Positions 51,308-53,221 of a DNA stretch of 53,221 bases are shown in pieces. A model generated the notes under the pieces. That model did no database searches and was not told the origin of the DNA. It was given only the letters and a program-made list of their open reading frames with translations. Every line of letters begins with the position of its first letter. Within the stretch, counting starts at the first letter, position 1. The position numbers and the translations under genes are program-made. Source of the stretch: a virus (taxonomy: Duplodnaviria > Caudoviricetes). The DNA is taken from IMG/VR virus record IMGVR_UViG_3300011422_000008, positions 1 through 53,221 of that record. One strand, 5' to 3'.

Positions 51308-52827
51308 GCCACTGTTACAACAAAGTCCTGCCCTGCATCGACCCGAAAACCGGGGAAACGGTTCCGGATCCGGATTCGCCATTTCGGAATCTGAGCGCGG
51401 AGCGGCCAGACACAAACACCTTTACCGAGGTTGTGTTTGATGGTGGCAATGAAGATGACCCGAAGATTTTTGTGCGCCCAGGCTGCTTGAGTCTGTGTGT
51501 GAGTGATGTTTCCGCCGAGGAGGCCGAGGCTTGCGCTCGCCGGCAGGCAGCGATTTGCAACTACACGCCTCCGGTAGTGGTCGACCCGCCAGTTCTTCCT
51601 CCGGATGGTCCTTGGGATCCTCCTCCTGATGGTCCGGGGACTAATACTCCTGGCACTGGTAATCCTGGCACCAATCCGCCTGGAGAGGGTACGACAACGC
51701 CTCCTGATGGTCCGAAAGATCCGAATTCGGGCGGTGGAGAGTTGAAATTCAACACGCCGCAAACGTGCGTTGAGACCTGCCCGGATGGCTCGACCTTCTC
51801 GAAAACGATTCCAGCCGGCCAGTTTGTTGCCCTTACTCAGGCGCTCGCGGATGCCCAGGCTATGACCGCGGCTTGCAAGGCGGCTAAGGCGGAAAAAATC
51901 TGCATCGACGAAATGCCCGGTTCGCTCCTCGATATTTGCACCTGGACAACGGTGGAAGGGAATCTCTACATCATCGGGAACAATGCGCCTTACACTGTCA
52001 CGGTGACCGGTGGCCAGCTCCCGCCCGGGCTTAATCTCCAGTCCCTCGAGGGCGGAACCGGAGTGAAGATTTCCGGAGTGCCTCAAGGCGGTGGGACGTT
52101 TGATTTCAAGATCAAGGCTGAGGACCAGCATGACCCGCCCAACTTCCAGGAGAAACAGTTTCAGATTCGAGTCCGCGGGATCTCCCAGGAAAGCGGAACC
52201 TCGATGGCCGATGGCCTGATTAACAGTCCGTACAACTACGCATTCACGGCAACCGGGCCATTTGTGGAGCCGGTTCATTGGGTGATGGGCGGGGCGCCGG
52301 AAGGTTTAACAATGGACTATTGGACCGGGGCGATTACCGGGAGTCCAACCCAACACGGCGCCTTTCTGGTATCCGTGACGGTCCAGGATGCTATGGGCCG
52401 GATTTGCGGTGGAGAGTACCATCTCTACGTTTTTGATTGCACCCTGGATACCTTCACTGCGGAGAAAACTTGGGATTTCGGCTGCAACACGGTTCAGGAA
52501 ACGACCTGGGACATTCCTCCCGCGCTCTGTGCCCGTTCGATTCATTTCCTGTCTGATAACCTCGTGACCAATTGCGGAGCGGCCAACGGATGCAATCAGG
52601 TTGTCGGCTTGCAGGTGCGGATTCTGGTTCCTCCGGACTACGTTGCCGAAGCCTCTAACTGGGTGGCGGCGAATCAGGCACCATTTGATCCTTCAATGTC
52701 GCAGTTCGCCAATATCCCTGCACAGCTTGAGGCAAATGCGATGTCATACCGGGTAGTTATCAATTTCACTGGTGGCGGGGGTCCGAGTTGCTCAGGAGCA
52801 ATTCAGCTCCGCGCGATCGGCTACTGA
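51301..52827 (+). CDS. Virion protein with putative Ig (He_PIG-like) domains
   Basis: GQLPPGLNL..ISGVP and APEGLTM..TGAITGSPT; CPDGSTF..PAGQF..ADAQA Cys module; PPDGP repeats. Confidence 0.7.
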   Translation: MLSHCYNKVLPCIDPKTGETVPDPDSPFRNLSAERPDTNTFTEVVFDGGNEDDPKIFVRPGCLSLCVSDVSAEEAEACARRQAAICNYTPPVVVDPPVLPPDGPWDPPPDGPGTNTPGTGNPGTNPPGEGTTTPPDGPKDPNSGGGELKFNTPQTCVETCPDGSTFSKTIPAGQFVALTQALADAQAMTAACKAAKAEKICIDEMPGSLLDICTWTTVEGNLYIIGNNAPYTVTVTGGQLPPGLNLQSLEGGTGVKISGVPQGGGTFDFKIKAEDQHDPPNFQEKQFQIRVRGISQESGTSMADGLINSPYNYAFTATGPFVEPVHWVMGGAPEGLTMDYWTGAITGSPTQHGAFLVSVTVQDAMGRICGGEYHLYVFDCTLDTFTAEKTWDFGCNTVQETTWDIPPALCARSIHFLSDNLVTNCGAANGCNQVVGLQVRILVPPDYVAEASNWVAANQAPFDPSMSQFANIPAQLEANAMSYRVVINFTGGGGPSCSGAIQLRAIGY

Positions 52828-52829
52828 TT

Positions 52830-53221
52830 ATGAACAGACCAACATTAGGCATGCTCCGAAACAGCCGGCTCCCGGCTCTCATCGGAGAGTGTGCTGCCAA
52901 TATCAATGTGCTCCGCGCGATGACCAACGAGGCCCAGGAGCGGCTCCTCATCGATCCCCTGGCGCCGGATGAAGGCTGGTGGGGCGGATGGGTCCGCATG
53001 ACGTTCAACGCCACGGTGACGCAGAAGCAGGCGTACATCACCACGCCGCGGGAGGTTGCCCGCCTCGCCGGCATCAATGTTTGCAATCGGCCAGTCGCGA
53101 TCCGGAACGGGTTCTATGAGTACATGGAATTCGGCACCGGGCTGAGGGACGTCGCGAGTTGCTGCAATCAGAAGTGCAGACCGATTGAGGCCTTTGAGCG
53201 CGACACGGTTCCGACCCTCAC
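52830..53221 (+). CDS. Tail/head-tail adapter protein, N-terminal part (3' partial)
   Basis: Open to the window end: MNRPTLG...NEAQERLL..W.G..ITTPREV..IRN.FYEY. Confidence 0.65.
   Translation, partial: MNRPTLGMLRNSRLPALIGECAANINVLRAMTNEAQERLLIDPLAPDEGWWGGWVRMTFNATVTQKQAYITTPREVARLAGINVCNRPVAIRNGFYEYMEFGTGLRDVASCCNQKCRPIEAFERDTVPTL

Larger units (their letters stand above)
1..53221. mobile_element. Near-complete tailed dsDNA bacteriophage genome (podovirus-like), circularly permuted
   Basis: Terminase-portal-scaffold-capsid-tail-ejection gene order on +, replication genes on -, no host housekeeping genes, and the same apparent gene broken at both ends. Confidence 0.93.

Noticed and set aside
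1-53221. Integrase/att, CRISPR array, tRNA, reverse transcriptase/DGR, DNA polymerase, terminal direct repeat
   Set aside because: No corresponding motifs or repeat-spacer periodicity were seen by eye; absence should be confirmed with HMM, tRNAscan and repeat searches.

Overview
The window appears to be a nearly complete ~53 kb genome of a tailed dsDNA phage with podovirus-like organisation, cut inside a tail/adapter gene whose two halves lie at the window ends. A + strand late module runs from ~30.9 kb through the end and wraps to ~11.3 kb. It encodes terminase, an HNH endonuclease, four glycosyltransferase-like genes plus an O-methyltransferase, portal, scaffold, a GroES-like co-chaperonin, major capsid, tail/Ig/FN3 proteins, ejection proteins and a 2,915-aa polyvalent protein. 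A mostly - strand early/replication region (11.3-30.9 kb) encodes a HARP/SNF2-like helicase, nucleases, an initiator with a DnaC-like loader, a Rad50-like ATPase, an OB-fold SSB, a Dam-like methyltransferase and many small ORFs. I recognised no integrase, DNA polymerase, primase, endolysin, tRNA or CRISPR array. Secreted-protein signatures suggest a Verrucomicrobiota-like host (inference). The most unusual signals are: (1) small genes nested in alternative frames of large genes, including a NUMOD3 ORF that closely spans an in-frame insertion in the helicase; (2) a glycosylation/methylation cassette between terminase and portal; (3) a multi-stem RNA leader on the capsid gene; (4) intergenic hairpins with anti-Shine-Dalgarno-like loops. 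All family assignments come from motif recognition by eye; no searches were run.
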